A stretch of DNA of 61,927 nt from an uncultured bacterium (GTDB taxonomy: Bacteria > Macinerneyibacteriota > Macinerneyibacteria > Macinerneyibacteriales > DSCS01), in the NCBI GenBank assembly GCA_964548195.1, contig CAZJQC010000009.1, forward strand, positions 1 to 61,927, written 5' to 3'. How positions within the stretch are numbered: the first letter of the stretch is position 1; each line of letters opens with the position of its first letter. The notes beneath the pieces are model-generated. The model ran no database searches, was not told the DNA's origin, and saw nothing but the letters and a program-made list of their open reading frames with translations. Made by a program: the position numbers and the translations under genes. This document shows positions 1 to 11,800 of the stretch, in pieces.

Positions 1-54
1 AGAGCGCATCCTTGGTAAGGATGAGGTTCACCGGTTCAATCCCGGTCACGGGCT
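1..54 (+). tRNA. tRNA-Thr(GGT), 5' part truncated by window edge
   Basis: Anticodon arm CATCC-TTGGTAA-GGATG, T-arm ACCGG-TTCAATC-CCGGT, acceptor 3' strand CACGGGC+T; classic position upstream of tuf. Confidence 0.9.
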
Positions 55-80
55 TCCCATTTAAACAGGAGGTAGGAAAG

Positions 81-1283
81 ATGGCAAAAGAAAAATTTGT
101 AAGGAACAAACCGCACGTTAACGTCGGTACCATAGGCCACGTAGACCATGGAAAGACAACCCTTACAAGTGCCATGACAAAGGTACTTGCCAAAAAGAAT
201 CTGGCGTCAGCGATGGATTTTGATGCTATAGACAAAGCGCCTGAAGAGAGAGAGCGCGGCATAACCATAGCCACCGCTCATGTGGAGTATCAATCTGATA
301 CCAGACATTACGCTCATGTCGACTGTCCCGGCCATGCGGATTACGTCAAGAACATGATCACCGGAGCCGCTCAGATGGACGGCGCCATACTGGTGGTCAG
401 TGCTGCTGACGGCCCCATGCCCCAGACGCGCGAACACATACTGTTGGCCCGTCAGGTCGGCGTGCCTTACATCATAGTCTTCCTTAACAAGGTCGACATG
501 GTGGATGACGACGAGCTGCTTGAGCTTGTTGAGATGGAAGTGCGTGATCTGCTGAGCTCTTACGAGTTCCCCGGCGATGACATACCGGTGATCAGAGGCA
601 GCGCGTTGAAAGCCATGGAAAGCACGGAAGAGAGTGTCGATGCCGATGTCTACAAGCCCATAATTGATCTTGTGGCGGCGCTTGACAGTTATATTCCGGA
701 TCCCGAGAGAGAGATCGACAAACCTTTCCTGATGCCCATAGAGGATGTATTTTCCATCACGGGCAGAGGAACGGTCGTCACCGGCAGGATAGACCGCGGT
801 ATGATACATACCGGCGAAGAAGTGCATCTTATCGGTATCAGGGAAGAGACTCAGAAGTCCGTTGTCACGGGCGTTGAGATGTTTAAGAAGATCCTTGACG
901 AAGGACAGGCCGGGGACAATGTCGGCCTGCTTTTGAGAGGCATTGCTAAGACGGATGTCGAAAGAGGCATGGTCGTGGCCAAACCCGGCGCCATTACTCC
1001 TCATAAGAAGTTCAAGGGCGAGGTTTACGTGTTGAAGAAGGAAGAAGGCGGAAGGCACACACCTTTCTTCAGCGGTTACAGGCCTCAGTTCTACTTCAGG
1101 ACCACTGACATTACCGGAAACCTTGATCTGCCCGAGGGTGTTGAGATGTGCATGCCCGGCGATAACATCACTGTTAGCGTTGAGATGATACATCCCGTTG
1201 CCCTGGAGCAGGGTCTCAGGTTCGCCATCAGAGAAGGCGGCAGGACCGTGGGCGCCGGCGTTGTGGCTGAAGTCATAGAATAA
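81..1283 (+). CDS. tuf: Elongation factor Tu (copy 1)
   Basis: MAKEKF start after [23 protein letters not shown] motifs; start trimmed from ORF 12. Confidence 0.99.
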   Translation: MAKEKFVRNKPHVNVGTIGHVDHGKTTLTSAMTKVLAKKNLASAMDFDAIDKAPEERERGITIATAHVEYQSDTRHYAHVDCPGHADYVKNMITGAAQMDGAILVVSAADGPMPQTREHILLARQVGVPYIIVFLNKVDMVDDDELLELVEMEVRDLLSSYEFPGDDIPVIRGSALKAMESTEESVDADVYKPIIDLVAALDSYIPDPEREIDKPFLMPIEDVFSITGRGTVVTGRIDRGMIHTGEEVHLIGIREETQKSVVTGVEMFKKILDEGQAGDNVGLLLRGIAKTDVERGMVVAKPGAITPHKKFKGEVYVLKKEEGGRHTPFFSGYRPQFYFRTTDITGNLDLPEGVEMCMPGDNITVSVEMIHPVALEQGLRFAIREGGRTVGAGVVAEVIE

Positions 1284-1306
1284 GCTCGGGAGACAGGTGG
1301 AAGATA

Positions 1307-1477
1307 ATGGCTAAAAAAAAGGGTGTCGTTCGAGACACAATCACCTTGGAATGCACCGAATGTAAAAACAGGAACTACACCAGTACGAAAAACAAAAGGA
1401 ACACCAAGGATCGTATCGAGCTGAGCAAATACTGTAAGTTTTGTAAGAAACATACATCACACAGAGAGACCCGTTAA
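1307..1477 (+). CDS. rpmG: 50S ribosomal protein L33 (Zn-ribbon C+ type), 56 aa, absent from ORF track
   Basis: Manual translation [56 protein letters not shown]. Confidence 0.96.
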   Translation: MAKKKGVVRDTITLECTECKNRNYTSTKNKRNTKDRIELSKYCKFCKKHTSHRETR

Positions 1478-1503
1478 GGGCCTCTCTGTAGCTTTTGCGC
1501 AGT

Positions 1504-1577
1504 AGGCCAATAGCTCTAATTGGTAGAGCACCTGACTCCAAATTAGGTGGTTGGGGGTTCGAATCCCTCTTGGCCTG
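1504..1577 (+). tRNA. tRNA-Trp(CCA)
   Basis: AGGCCAA/TTGGCCT acceptor stem, anticodon arm CCTGA-CTCCAAA-TTAGG, GTTCGAATC T-loop; canonical rpmG-trnW-secE position. Confidence 0.95.
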
Positions 1578-1593
1578 TATTTAAGCGGAGGAT

Positions 1594-1776
1594 ATGATGA
1601 AAAAAATTAAACGTTTTATAGACGAAGTAGTTGCTGAGATGAAGAAGGTCGTCTGGCCTAAGAAGTCCGTATTGTGGACTTCGTCTTGGCTGGTGATATT
1701 CATATCAGTGTTTTTCGGAGTAGTACTGGGACTATTTGACAGATTCTTTATTTTCCTGCTGAGCCTTGTATTCTGA
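1594..1776 (+). CDS. secE: Preprotein translocase SecE (single TM)
   Basis: EMKKVVWP motif plus one TM helix; upstream of nusG. Confidence 0.95.
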   Translation: MMKKIKRFIDEVVAEMKKVVWPKKSVLWTSSWLVIFISVFFGVVLGLFDRFFIFLLSLVF

Positions 1777-1798
1777 TCGATTTAAAAAGAGAGTTGCT

Positions 1799-2329
1799 AT
1801 GAAAAAATGGTATGTTGTCAATGCTATGGTCGGCGGTGAGGGGAAAGCCCGAAAGCTTCTCCTTAACAAGATCGAGCGCGCCGGTATGCAGGAGATGTTC
1901 GGGGAGATCTATATCCCTTCGGAGAAGTATACCGACAATAAAAACGGCAAGAAAAAAGAGATCACAAAGAAAATATTCCCGGGATACCTTCTCATTGAGA
2001 TGGAGTTCACGGAAGAGACCTGGCATCTTGTCTCGAGTGTACAGGGTGTGGGGACTTTTGTGGGACCCAAGGGCAGGCCGGTGCCTCTCACCGACAGTGA
2101 TGTCTCCAAGATAAAGGAAGACAGCGAGGACAGGAAGAACACATTGAAGCCGCGCGTGTATTATACGGTCGGCGAAAAAGTACGTATAGTGGATGGCCCT
2201 TTTGCTTCTTTTACCGGCATTGTGGACAATGTCATGGCGGAAAAGACAAAGCTCAGGGTCATGGTGTCCATATTCGGGAGACAGACCCCCGTGGAGCTGG
2301 ACTATTATCAGGTTGAAAAAGAAAACTGA
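1799..2329 (+). CDS. nusG: Transcription termination/antitermination factor NusG
   Basis: KWYVV, FPGY, KOW GEKVRIVDGPF, SIFGRQTPVEL; start trimmed to ATG 1799. Confidence 0.98.
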   Translation: MKKWYVVNAMVGGEGKARKLLLNKIERAGMQEMFGEIYIPSEKYTDNKNGKKKEITKKIFPGYLLIEMEFTEETWHLVSSVQGVGTFVGPKGRPVPLTDSDVSKIKEDSEDRKNTLKPRVYYTVGEKVRIVDGPFASFTGIVDNVMAEKTKLRVMVSIFGRQTPVELDYYQVEKEN

Positions 2330-2359
2330 AATACATAATAGAAGGAGAAGGTGATATTC

Positions 2360-2785
2360 ATGGCAAAGAAGGTAAAGGGATTCATAAAACTACAGATTCC
2401 CGCCGGAAAGGCCAATCCCGCACCTCCTGTGGGGCCCGCGTTGGGCCAGCACGGCGTTAACATCATGGAATTCTGCAAAGCGTTCAACGCCAGCACGCAG
2501 GACAAAGGCGATCTTATCATACCCGTGGTCATCACGGTGTTTGAGGACAGGAGTTTTTCCTTCATAATGAAGACTCCGCCCGCGGCCGTACTGTTAAGAA
2601 GAGCCGCAAAGATCGATAAGGGATCGGGAGAGCCCAATAAGGTGAAAGTCGGGACCGTTACGAAGGCGCAGATCAGGGAAATAGCTGAGCTGAAGATGCC
2701 TGACCTTAATGCGAACGACGTTGAAGGCGGAATGCGTATGATCGCCGGTACGGCGAGAAGTATGGGCCTTGAAGTAAAAGGCTGA
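2360..2785 (+). CDS. rplK: 50S ribosomal protein L11
   Basis: [24 protein letters not shown]. Confidence 0.99.
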   Translation: MAKKVKGFIKLQIPAGKANPAPPVGPALGQHGVNIMEFCKAFNASTQDKGDLIIPVVITVFEDRSFSFIMKTPPAAVLLRRAAKIDKGSGEPNKVKVGTVTKAQIREIAELKMPDLNANDVEGGMRMIAGTARSMGLEVKG

Positions 2786-2794
2786 AAGAGAGTA

Positions 2795-2822
2795 GTGGGA
2801 GGCCGCAAGGCTGCTTAACCAC
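2795..2822 (+). promoter_or_regulatory. Putative L1-binding autoregulatory mRNA site upstream of rplA
   Basis: GTGG-GAG-GCC-GCAA-GGC-TGCT-TAA-CCAC: outer GTGG/CCAC helix, asymmetric loop and GNRA hairpin abutting the rplA SD; resembles known L1 mRNA targets. Confidence 0.7.
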
Positions 2823-2834
2823 AGGAGGTAGAGA

Positions 2835-3539
2835 ATGGCGCAGAAGATATCGAAAAGGATGCGTGAAGCGGCCGCTATGGTCGATTCGACAAAGCTCCAC
2901 ACCATTGAAGAAGCCATAGCGCTCATAGGGCAGCTGCCCGGAGCGAAGTTCGACGAGACTGTCGAGTTTCATGTGAGACTTGGCGTCGACCCGAGACATG
3001 CGGATCAGATGGTGCGCGGGACGGTCGTGCTTCCCAACGGTACGGGGAAAGATGTAAGAGTCCTTGTATTCGCGGAAGGCGACAAGGAAAAGGAAGCCCT
3101 TGACGCGGGTGCTGATTTTGTAGGATCCGAAGAGCTTCTTGAAAAAGTGAAGGGCGGATGGCTTGATTTTGATATCGCCATATCGACCCCGGACATGATG
3201 AAAGAAGTCGGCAAGCTGGGTAGGGTCCTCGGACCCAGAGGGCTGATGCCCAACCCGAAGGTCGGCACTGTCACGGCTGATGTCGCTGATGCTGTCAAGA
3301 TGGCCAAAGCGGGCCGAGTCGAATATAAAGTCGATAAATTTGGTATTATACATGTTCCCGTGGGCAAGAAAAGTTTTGACGCTGAAAGTCTGAACGGAAA
3401 CCTGCTCGCGCTGGTGAAGGCCGTGAACAAGGCCAAACCGGCCGCAACCAAGGGGACTTATATAAGGACAGCCTATCTGACCACGACCATGGGGCCTTCG
3501 GTCAGACTGGATGCCGGAATACTTACGAACGTAAAGTAA
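2835..3539 (+). CDS. rplA: 50S ribosomal protein L1
   Basis: [28 protein letters not shown]. Confidence 0.99.
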   Translation: MAQKISKRMREAAAMVDSTKLHTIEEAIALIGQLPGAKFDETVEFHVRLGVDPRHADQMVRGTVVLPNGTGKDVRVLVFAEGDKEKEALDAGADFVGSEELLEKVKGGWLDFDIAISTPDMMKEVGKLGRVLGPRGLMPNPKVGTVTADVADAVKMAKAGRVEYKVDKFGIIHVPVGKKSFDAESLNGNLLALVKAVNKAKPAATKGTYIRTAYLTTTMGPSVRLDAGILTNVK

Positions 3540-3544
3540 GATGC

Positions 3545-3638
3545 CTGTCGAAGACAGTGGGTGCGCAGGCTTAAAAATGCCTACCGAGACAGAGGTCGAA
3601 TGAATGATTTCATTGCCCGGCCTTTGTCGGGCTTTCGC
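3545..3638 (+). ncRNA. L10 leader (rplJ autoregulatory RNA)
   Basis: GAAGACAGTGGGTG...CTTAA...CCTACCGAG core followed by a long hairpin in the rplA-rplJ spacer. Confidence 0.8.
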
Positions 3639-3679
3639 ATTATACGCGGAACCCGATAACACATAGAAAGGAGGGGATC

Positions 3680-4204
3680 ATGGCGTATAAGATCAGACCT
3701 GAGAAAGTAAAAGTCGTAGAAGAGATCAAAGAGAAGCTTGACCGGTGTAAATGCATCATTCTCAGCGATTATATGGGATTGAACGTTGAAGAGATAACGG
3801 CGCTCAGAAAAGAGCTGAGAGAGAATAACGTTGAGTATAAAGTATATAAAAATACGCTGGCTGTTCGTGCGTTTCATGAGCTCGAAGTCGATGGGCTTGA
3901 TGAAAGCCTGAAAGGGCCCACCGCGTTTGCGATCAGCTATGATGATCCTGTGGCACCCGCGAAAGTACTCGTTAAATTCTCCAAGAACAACGAGAAACTT
4001 TCTGTCAAAGCTGGTATGGTGGAAGGCAACCTTGTGGACCTGGGACAAATAGAAAACCTGGCTACATTGCCTTCAAGGGAAGAGCTTCTTGGTATGCTCC
4101 TCAGGACGATGAACGGCCCCGCAACGGGCTTTGTAAATGTCCTGGCCGGAAATATCAGAAATCTCGTTGGTGTGTTGAGTGCCATTAAGGACAAAAAAGA
4201 GTAA
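3680..4204 (+). CDS. rplJ: 50S ribosomal protein L10
   Basis: VYKNTL, LKGPTA, LATLPSREELL. Confidence 0.98.
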   Translation: MAYKIRPEKVKVVEEIKEKLDRCKCIILSDYMGLNVEEITALRKELRENNVEYKVYKNTLAVRAFHELEVDGLDESLKGPTAFAISYDDPVAPAKVLVKFSKNNEKLSVKAGMVEGNLVDLGQIENLATLPSREELLGMLLRTMNGPATGFVNVLAGNIRNLVGVLSAIKDKKE

Positions 4205-4220
4205 TTAGGGGGTGTTTCAG

Positions 4221-4589
4221 ATGAAAAGAGAAGAACTTATCAAAGCAATCGAAGAAATGACAGTTTTGGAGCTTTCCGAGCTGGTAAAGGAACTTGAGGA
4301 AAAATTTGGCGTAAGCGCTGCCGCGCCTATGGCTATGGCCGCAATGCCTGCCGCAGGAGCCGCAGTAGCCGAAGAGCAGACCGAGTTCGATGTAATGATC
4401 AATGCTGCCGGTGACCAGAGACTGAAAGTGATCAAAGCCGTGAAGGAAATCGGCGGTTTCAGTCTTCCCGATGCCAAGGCGTTTGTCGATTCTCTTCCCA
4501 AAGCCATCAAAGAGGGCGTTAACAAGGAAGAGGCCGCACAGGTCAAAGCCGCGCTTGAGGAAGTTGGTGCTGTTGTCGAGGTTAAGTGA
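4221..4589 (+). CDS. rplL: 50S ribosomal protein L7/L12
   Basis: [30 protein letters not shown]. Confidence 0.98.
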   Translation: MKREELIKAIEEMTVLELSELVKELEEKFGVSAAAPMAMAAMPAAGAAVAEEQTEFDVMINAAGDQRLKVIKAVKEIGGFSLPDAKAFVDSLPKAIKEGVNKEEAAQVKAALEEVGAVVEVK

Positions 4590-4625
4590 CCAATCTCGCG
4601 CGGTGCTGATAATTTAAAAGAGTAA

Positions 4626-4669
4626 AGATCTGGGGTGTTTGTATCCTTACACCCCAGATTTGTCATTTT
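4626..4669 (+). terminator. Hairpin/attenuator between rplL and rpoB
   Basis: Inverted repeat ATCTGGGGTGT...ACACCCCAGAT followed by TTGTCATTTT. Confidence 0.6.
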
Positions 4670-4750
4670 AAGGATAAGTGCGTATTGTGAGTTTGTTGCC
4701 TTGCTTATTTCTTGCCGTCGATTTTTTTTAGACAAGGGGGTTCTTAAAAA

Positions 4751-7700
4751 ATGACCCGAAATACAAAAGATTTTCCTTTTAATATCAAGGATAAATTCCT
4801 TAAAGAATCGGGGAGATTCACATTCGGTAATATCGAGGAAAAAGTCGATATGCCGTATCTTCTCGAGATGCAGAAAAATTCATATGATGATTTTTTACAG
4901 ATGGACGTCTTGCCGGAAAAGCGGGAAGACAAGGGGCTTCAGGGTATATTCAACAGGTCTTTTCCCATTTCAAACCATGAAAAAAAGAGCAGGGAACCTG
5001 ATTTGGAAAACAGCAAGTATATCCTTGAGTTTATAAAATATGACATCGATCCGCCTCTTTTTACTCCCAATGAGTGCAGGGAAAGAGGCCTGACATACGG
5101 AGGGAATCTGAAAGTCACCCTCAGGCTGACCAAAAAGATCGAAAATCCCGGCACTGCCGAGCAGGAGATCGACGTCAGCGAAGAGCAGGAAGTGTTTTTC
5201 GGGGATGTCCCCATCATGCTGCACAACGGTTCTTTTGTGGTCAATGGGGCCGAGCGTGTAGTCGTCGCCCAGCTTCACAGGTCTCCGGGCCTGTTCCTGG
5301 ACTCTGTTGAGGATTCACCCGGAAAAGACACTTATTCCGCCAGGCTTATACCTTATGAGGGTTCATGGATAGAGTTTCAGATAGACAAACGCGATCATAT
5401 GTATATCAGTATAGACAGGAAGAAGAAGATATTCATCTCGACCTTCCTGAGGGCCCTGAAATATCAGACAGACGAAGAGATCATGGACCTGTTCGCGGAA
5501 AAATATGAGATCGACACTTCCAAATATCCCGAGACCTTTTATGTGGACATGACGCTTGGCCAGGACCTTGCGGACGAGGACGGTTCGGTCTTCGCGACGC
5601 TGGGCCAAAGGGTTACGCAGGAGGTCTGGGAGAGGATAAAGACACTCAGGGACGCGAAAAATCCCGCTTATAAAAAGCTGATAATATATATAGAGAAACG
5701 AGAGCTGGATATAGAGCCCGGCAAAGAGGAAGGGCTCCGTTCATATATCAGAAACACCGTTTTCGGTGCCAGGGCAAAGACGGAGATGGATGAGACCGCT
5801 GCGGAAAAAGGACAGCAGTTCACCATGGATGTCTTCAACAAGTTCAAGGAGCAGGGCATCAACGGCAAATTGTCTCTTTACGTGGTCAAGGAGGGCAATC
5901 AGGACATTATATCCGGCACCATAGAAAAAGACACGTTCAAGGACGCGGAGAAGGCGCTGGCGAGAGTATACGGCATATTGAGGCCGGGTTCTCCGGCCAC
6001 TGTCGAGCTTGCCGAGAACCTCATATACGATCTTTTCTTCAACCCGAGGACATATAATCTCGGTGAGGTGGGAAGGTATAAACTCAACACGGTGCTTGGC
6101 CTGAGCGACACAAAAGAGCTGACGCTTACGAACGAGGACCTGCTGGGCAGCATATTGAACCTTTTGAAGCTGCGGTTCAACCTGGTTTCGCCGGGCGACA
6201 TAGACCATCTTGGAAACAGACGCGTGCGCGCTGTCGGCGAACTTTTGCAGAACCATCTTTACACCGGTTTTTACAGGATGAAAAGGGTGATACAGGAGAG
6301 GATGAACATCAGTGAAGCTGATAAGATCAATCCTCAGAACCTTGTCAACTCGCGTCCGGTGACTGCCGTGCTCAATGAGTTTTTCGGAAGCCATCAGCTG
6401 TCGCAGTTTATGGATCAGACAAACCCGTTGTCGGAGATCACAAACAAGAGAAGACTGTCTGCGCTGGGCCCCGGAGGACTTTCCAGGGAAAGAGCCGGTT
6501 TCGAGGCGCGAGACGTGCATTATACCCATTATGGCAGGGTCTGTCCCATAGAGACGCCTGAAGGGCAGAACATCGGCCTGATAACGTCGCTGGCCAGTTT
6601 TGCCACGATAGACCGTTTCGGCTTTTTGAGGACGCCGTATCGCAAGGTGAAAAACGGCAAGGTCACAAATGACATAGAATACCTTTCCGCCGATCAGGAA
6701 GAGGGCAGGATCATCGCTCAGGCGAATGCCGAGCTTGATGATAAGGACCGCTTTGTAAGCGCCCGACAGCTTGCCAGAAAATCGGATGAATACATCGTGG
6801 TCGATTCCGACAAGATGGAATACATGGACGTTTCGCCGAAGCAGCTTATTTCGGTCTCTGCGGCCCTTATACCGTTTCTTGAGCATGATGACGCCAACAG
6901 GGCGCTCATGGGTTCAAACATGCAGCGTCAGGGTGTGCCGCTTATCAATCCGGAATCGCCCATAATCGGCACCGGCATCGAAGCAAAGATCGCAAGGGAT
7001 TCGGGCTATGTCCAGATCGCCAAAAGAAGCGGCGAGGTGGAAAAGGTCACGGCGAACCTGATCGTGATAAAGGTAAACAAGGACAAGCTTAATCTTGACG
7101 ATATAGAGATCGATTTCGGCATGGACATGGGCAGGGACATCTATTACATCGAGAAGTTCCGGCGCTCGAACAAGGACACATGCATAAACACCAGGCCCAT
7201 TGTGAGCGTAGGGCAGAAGATAAAGGCCGGCGACCCGCTCACCGAGGGATTCGGGACGCAGGGCGGCGAACTGGCTTTGGGCCAGAACCTCCTTGTCTCA
7301 TTCCTCCCGTGGCGCGGATACAACTTTGAAGATGCCATCGTGCTCAATGAAAAACTGGTAAAAGAGAACAAGTTCGACTCCATACACGTGGAAGAACTGC
7401 AGATAGATGCGAGAGAGACAAAACTCGGCAAGGAAGAGATCACCAGGGATATTCCCCAGGTGATGGATGACATGATAAGGAACCTTGACGAAGGCGGTGT
7501 GATCAAAATAGGCACTTACGTGAAGCCGGGCGACATACTCGTCGGGAAAGTCACGCCCAAGGGCAAAACGGATCTTACACCCGAGGAAAAATTGCTTCGA
7601 GCCATATTCGGCAAGATAGCAGAGGACGTCAAGGATGCTTCCCTGCGTGTCCCGCCCGGGATAAAAGGCAAGGTTATCGACATCAAGGTCTTTACCCGTA

Positions 7701-8812
7701 AACAGACGGAAGACATGGAAGCTGTAATACGCAAGGAGCGCAAAGACGATATAGACAAGATCGAAAGGGAGCAGGCGCTTCGCCTTGAGATAGTGAACAA
7801 GAGGCGTGTCGAGCTTCTGGAGGAGATCCTTGCCGGACAATCAATAACCAAGGAGATCAAGCTTATCGGCAAAAAGGGCGAAGAGATAACGTCCGTACAT
7901 TGCGAGATCAAGAACATCGAGAAATTGCTGCTTGAAAAGAAAGCTGTCTCCGTGGAGGTGCTCAAAAGGCTTCAGAAACTTGTGGAAGTCGTGGAGGAAA
8001 AAAGAAGAGAGATCATAAAGTGGCGCGACGATCAGTGGAAAAAACTGTTGCGCGGCGACGATCTTCCTCCGGGCGTGATCAAATCGGTCAAGGTCTACAT
8101 CGCCAACAAGAGGGTGGTGTCGGTCGGAGATAAGATGGCCGGACGTCATGGCAACAAAGGCGTCGTCTCGATCATATTGCCCGAAGAGGATATGCCCTAT
8201 CTTGAAGACGGACGCAGGGTTGATGTAGTGCTTAACCCGCTGGGCGTACCGTCCAGGATGAACGTGGGGCAGGTGCTTGAGACTCATCTGGGCTGGGCGG
8301 CGGACAAGCTTGGCGTCAAGATCGCCACGCCTGTTTTTGACGGCGCTCCCGAGACAGAGATCAAGGAATGGCTGAAAAAAGCCGGTCTTCCGGAAAGCGG
8401 CAAGACAAAGCTGTATGACGGCTATACCGGCGAAGCGTTTGACGAAGAAGTCACCGTGGGTGTCATATATGTGATGAAACTTCATCATCTTGTTGATGAC
8501 AAGCTGCATGCCAGGGCCACAGGGCCTTATTCATTGGTGTCACAGCAGCCTTTGGGCGGAAAAGCGCAGTTCGGCGGACAGCGTTTCGGAGAGATGGAGG
8601 TGTGGGCGCTTCAGGCATATGGTGCGGCGTTCATGCTGAGAGAGATGCTGACTGTCAAGTCGGATGACGTAAACGGACGAACAAAGATGTATGAAGCTAT
8701 CATAAGGGGCCAGAATCCCTCGGAACCGGGAATACCCGAATCCTTTAATGTGCTCGTCAACGAGCTCAAGGGGCTGTGTCTTAATATTGAGTTCTTCAAG
8801 CAAGAGAAATAA
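4751..8812 (+). CDS. rpoB: RNA polymerase beta subunit
   Basis: [33 protein letters not shown]. Confidence 0.99.
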   Translation: MTRNTKDFPFNIKDKFLKESGRFTFGNIEEKVDMPYLLEMQKNSYDDFLQMDVLPEKREDKGLQGIFNRSFPISNHEKKSREPDLENSKYILEFIKYDIDPPLFTPNECRERGLTYGGNLKVTLRLTKKIENPGTAEQEIDVSEEQEVFFGDVPIMLHNGSFVVNGAERVVVAQLHRSPGLFLDSVEDSPGKDTYSARLIPYEGSWIEFQIDKRDHMYISIDRKKKIFISTFLRALKYQTDEEIMDLFAEKYEIDTSKYPETFYVDMTLGQDLADEDGSVFATLGQRVTQEVWERIKTLRDAKNPAYKKLIIYIEKRELDIEPGKEEGLRSYIRNTVFGARAKTEMDETAAEKGQQFTMDVFNKFKEQGINGKLSLYVVKEGNQDIISGTIEKDTFKDAEKALARVYGILRPGSPATVELAENLIYDLFFNPRTYNLGEVGRYKLNTVLGLSDTKELTLTNEDLLGSILNLLKLRFNLVSPGDIDHLGNRRVRAVGELLQNHLYTGFYRMKRVIQERMNISEADKINPQNLVNSRPVTAVLNEFFGSHQLSQFMDQTNPLSEITNKRRLSALGPGGLSRERAGFEARDVHYTHYGRVCPIETPEGQNIGLITSLASFATIDRFGFLRTPYRKVKNGKVTNDIEYLSADQEEGRIIAQANAELDDKDRFVSARQLARKSDEYIVVDSDKMEYMDVSPKQLISVSAALIPFLEHDDANRALMGSNMQRQGVPLINPESPIIGTGIEAKIARDSGYVQIAKRSGEVEKVTANLIVIKVNKDKLNLDDIEIDFGMDMGRDIYYIEKFRRSNKDTCINTRPIVSVGQKIKAGDPLTEGFGTQGGELALGQNLLVSFLPWRGYNFEDAIVLNEKLVKENKFDSIHVEELQIDARETKLGKEEITRDIPQVMDDMIRNLDEGGVIKIGTYVKPGDILVGKVTPKGKTDLTPEEKLLRAIFGKIAEDVKDASLRVPPGIKGKVIDIKVFTRKQTEDMEAVIRKERKDDIDKIEREQALRLEIVNKRRVELLEEILAGQSITKEIKLIGKKGEEITSVHCEIKNIEKLLLEKKAVSVEVLKRLQKLVEVVEEKRREIIKWRDDQWKKLLRGDDLPPGVIKSVKVYIANKRVVSVGDKMAGRHGNKGVVSIILPEEDMPYLEDGRRVDVVLNPLGVPSRMNVGQVLETHLGWAADKLGVKIATPVFDGAPETEIKEWLKKAGLPESGKTKLYDGYTGEAFDEEVTVGVIYVMKLHHLVDDKLHARATGPYSLVSQQPLGGKAQFGGQRFGEMEVWALQAYGAAFMLREMLTVKSDDVNGRTKMYEAIIRGQNPSEPGIPESFNVLVNELKGLCLNIEFFKQEK

Positions 8813-8822
8813 GGAGGACGCT

Positions 8823-11800
8823 TTGAAAAAGGTTTTCCCGAAATCGACTAACGATTTTGACGGTATCAGGATTTCCCTGGCATCGCCCGATGATATCCGT
8901 TCCTGGTCATACGGTGAAGTCAGAGAGCCGGAGACGATAAACTACAGGACGCTGAAGCCGGAAAAAGACGGACTTTTCTGCGAAAGGATATTCGGACCTG
9001 TCAAGGATTATGAGTGCACATGCGGCAAGTATAAAAAGAAAAAGAACAAGGGCATCATATGCGACCGTTGCGGCGTGGAAGTCACAGAATCCAGAGTAAG
9101 AAGAGAGCGCATGGGCCATATTGAGCTCGTCACTCCCGTAGCGCATATATGGTTTTTCAAAAACCTCCCGAACAGGCTTGCACTGCTTCTGGATTTGAAA
9201 AGCAAAGAGATCGAATCCATCATCTACTATGATAAATATTTCGTGGTGGACCCGGGTGACATACCGGAACTGGTGGAGTTCGAGACCGATATGGAAAGCG
9301 GCAATACGGTTCAGGTAGCCAAGAAGAGGATACTTGACGAAGAGGAGTATGAAGAGCTGCTGGAACGTTACGGTGAGGATAGTTTTGTGGCTGAGATGGG
9401 CGCGGGCGCTTTACGCAAGGTGCTTGAAAAGATCGATGTGGATCTTGAGTTCTTCAAGGTCACGGATGACATAACCAAGACGAAGTCCGTGCAGAACAAG
9501 AAAAAACTGATCAAGAGGCTGCGTCTTCTTAACCAGTTGAAGGTCTCCGGAATACGGCCCGAATGGGTCATACTGGAGGTCTTGCCGGTCACGCCGGCCG
9601 ATCTGAGGCCTCTTGTGCCTCTTGACGGGGGAAAGTTTGCCACATCCGACCTGAACGACCTGTACAGAAGGGTCATTCACCGGAATAACAGGCTCAAGAA
9701 GCTTATGGAGCTGAATGCGCCTGATATAATATTGAAAAATGAGAAAAGGATGCTTCAGGAAGCCGTTGACGCATTGTTCGACAACGGCAGAAGAAACAGG
9801 CCTGTGACGGGGACCGGCAACCGGCCGCTGAAATCGCTTTCGGACATGCTTAAGGGCAAGAACGGACGTTTCAGACAGAACCTTCTGGGCAAGCGTGTCG
9901 ACTATTCCGGACGTTCCGTTATAGTCGTGGATCCCAAATTGAGAATACATCAGTGCGGAATACCCAAACAGATGGCGATAGAACTGTTCAAACCCTTCCT
10001 CCTTAACAAGATAGAGGAAAACATGGTTGATACGCTAAAAGGCGCCCGCAAGGTGCTTGAAAAAGCCTCGCCAGAGGTCTGGCAGTATCTTGACGATATC
10101 ATAAAAGACCATCCGGTGCTTTTGAACAGAGCTCCCACATTGCATAGGCTCAGTATACAGGCATTTATGCCGCAGCTTGTGGAAGGAAAAGCAATAAAGA
10201 TCCATCCTCTTGTCTGTACCGCGTTTAATGCTGATTTTGATGGCGATCAGATGGGCGTACATCTGCCCTTATCGCTTGAGGCGCAGATAGAGGCGCGTAT
10301 GCTGATGCTTTCGAAGTACAACATACTTTCGCCTGCGCACGGCAATCCTCTTGCCACGCCCACCAAGGACATGGTGCTGGGGTTGTATTATCTCACCAAG
10401 GAGCGCAAGGGTTCCCGTGGCGAGGGCAAGATATTCAGTTCTCTTGAGGAAGTGATCGCGGCGTTCAACAACGGCAAGGTCGACCTTCACGCGAAGATCA
10501 AGCTTCATAAGGTAAACAAGCTGAGGGAGAAAGAGAGCTGGGTTGCCGAGGATTATGCTAACGTGGACAAGTGGAGGGATTACACCACTGTCGGCCGGGC
10601 GCTTATGAACTATGAGGTGCTTCCCGGCGAATTTAAATATGTAAACCTGCTTATGGGTAAAAAGAACATAGAGAAGACCATAGCCCGTATTTTCAAGGAA
10701 GTTGGAAACGAAGCGGCTGTGGAGACGCTTGACAGGATGAAGGACACCGGCTTCAAGTATGCCACGTTGTCCGGCACCACGTTTGCGTCGGATGACCTGC
10801 TTACCCCTTTGGTCAAGAGGGAACTGATAGCTGAGACGACAAAGCAGGTGGATTCTTACTGGAACCAGTACAGAAACGGCGTCATCACCGAGACCGAGCG
10901 CTACAACATGGTAATAAATGCCTGGACTCACACCACGGAGAAGGTCGCGGATGAGATGATAGTGAAGATGAAGGAAGACAAAGGCGGTTTTAACCCGGTA
11001 TTCATGATGATGGATTCCGGAGCCAGGGGCTCCAGGACTCAGATCACGCAGCTTGCGGGGATGAGAGGGCTTATGGCCAAGCCCCAGAAGAAACTGACCG
11101 GCGGCGTCGGCGAGATCATCGAACAGCCTATAACCGCGAATTTCCGTGAGGGTCTGAACGTGCTGCAGTATTTCATATCCACCCATGGCGCCCGAAAGGG
11201 TCTGGCGGATACGGCCTTGAAGACTGCCGATGCGGGTTATCTTACAAGAAAACTTGTCGATGTCTCTCAGGAAGTCATCATAAGACAGGACGACTGCGGC
11301 ACCTTAAGCGGTTTGAAGGTGGGCCATCTGAAGGACGGCGAGGACATAATCGTCCCGATTTCCGACAGGATAAAGGGCAGGGTCTCTCTGCATGATGTTC
11401 CCGACCCCGATTTTCCGGAGAAGATGCTGATCAGGGCCAACGAGGTCGTCACTGAAAGCATTGCCAAAAAGATCGAGGACAAGGGCATTGAGTTCATATA
11501 TGTCAGGTCGGTTTTGACCTGCGAGGCCAAGCACGGCATATGTTCGAAATGTTACGGCACAAACCTGGCCACGGGCAGGCTTTCCGAGGTGGGCGACACG
11601 GTCGGTGTAATAGCCGCGCAGTCCATCGGCGAGCCCGGAACCCAGCTGACGCTCAGGACTTTCCATATCGGAGGAACGGCGTCAAGGATCATAGAGCAGT
11701 CCGAGGTGAAGTGCAAGATAGACGGAAACATCAGATTTGACGGCATTAAGTTCATAGAGAATAAAAACGGCGAGAAGGTCGTTATCAACCGTTCCGGCAA

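Noticed and set aside
207..1193. 328-aa antisense ORF (and its twin at 16193..17194)
   Set aside because: Shadow frame of tuf; no SD, no recognisable motifs; duplicated only because tuf is
3598..3616. AATGAATGATTTCATT resembling a second FadR box
   Set aside because: Spacing and right arm do not fit the 20-bp box; it forms the tip of the L10-leader hairpin
5741..6886. Long antisense ORFs within rpoB, rpoC, fusA and infB (also 10269..11186, 14627..15715, 53623..54528)
   Set aside because: Typical antisense shadows of codon-biased essential genes
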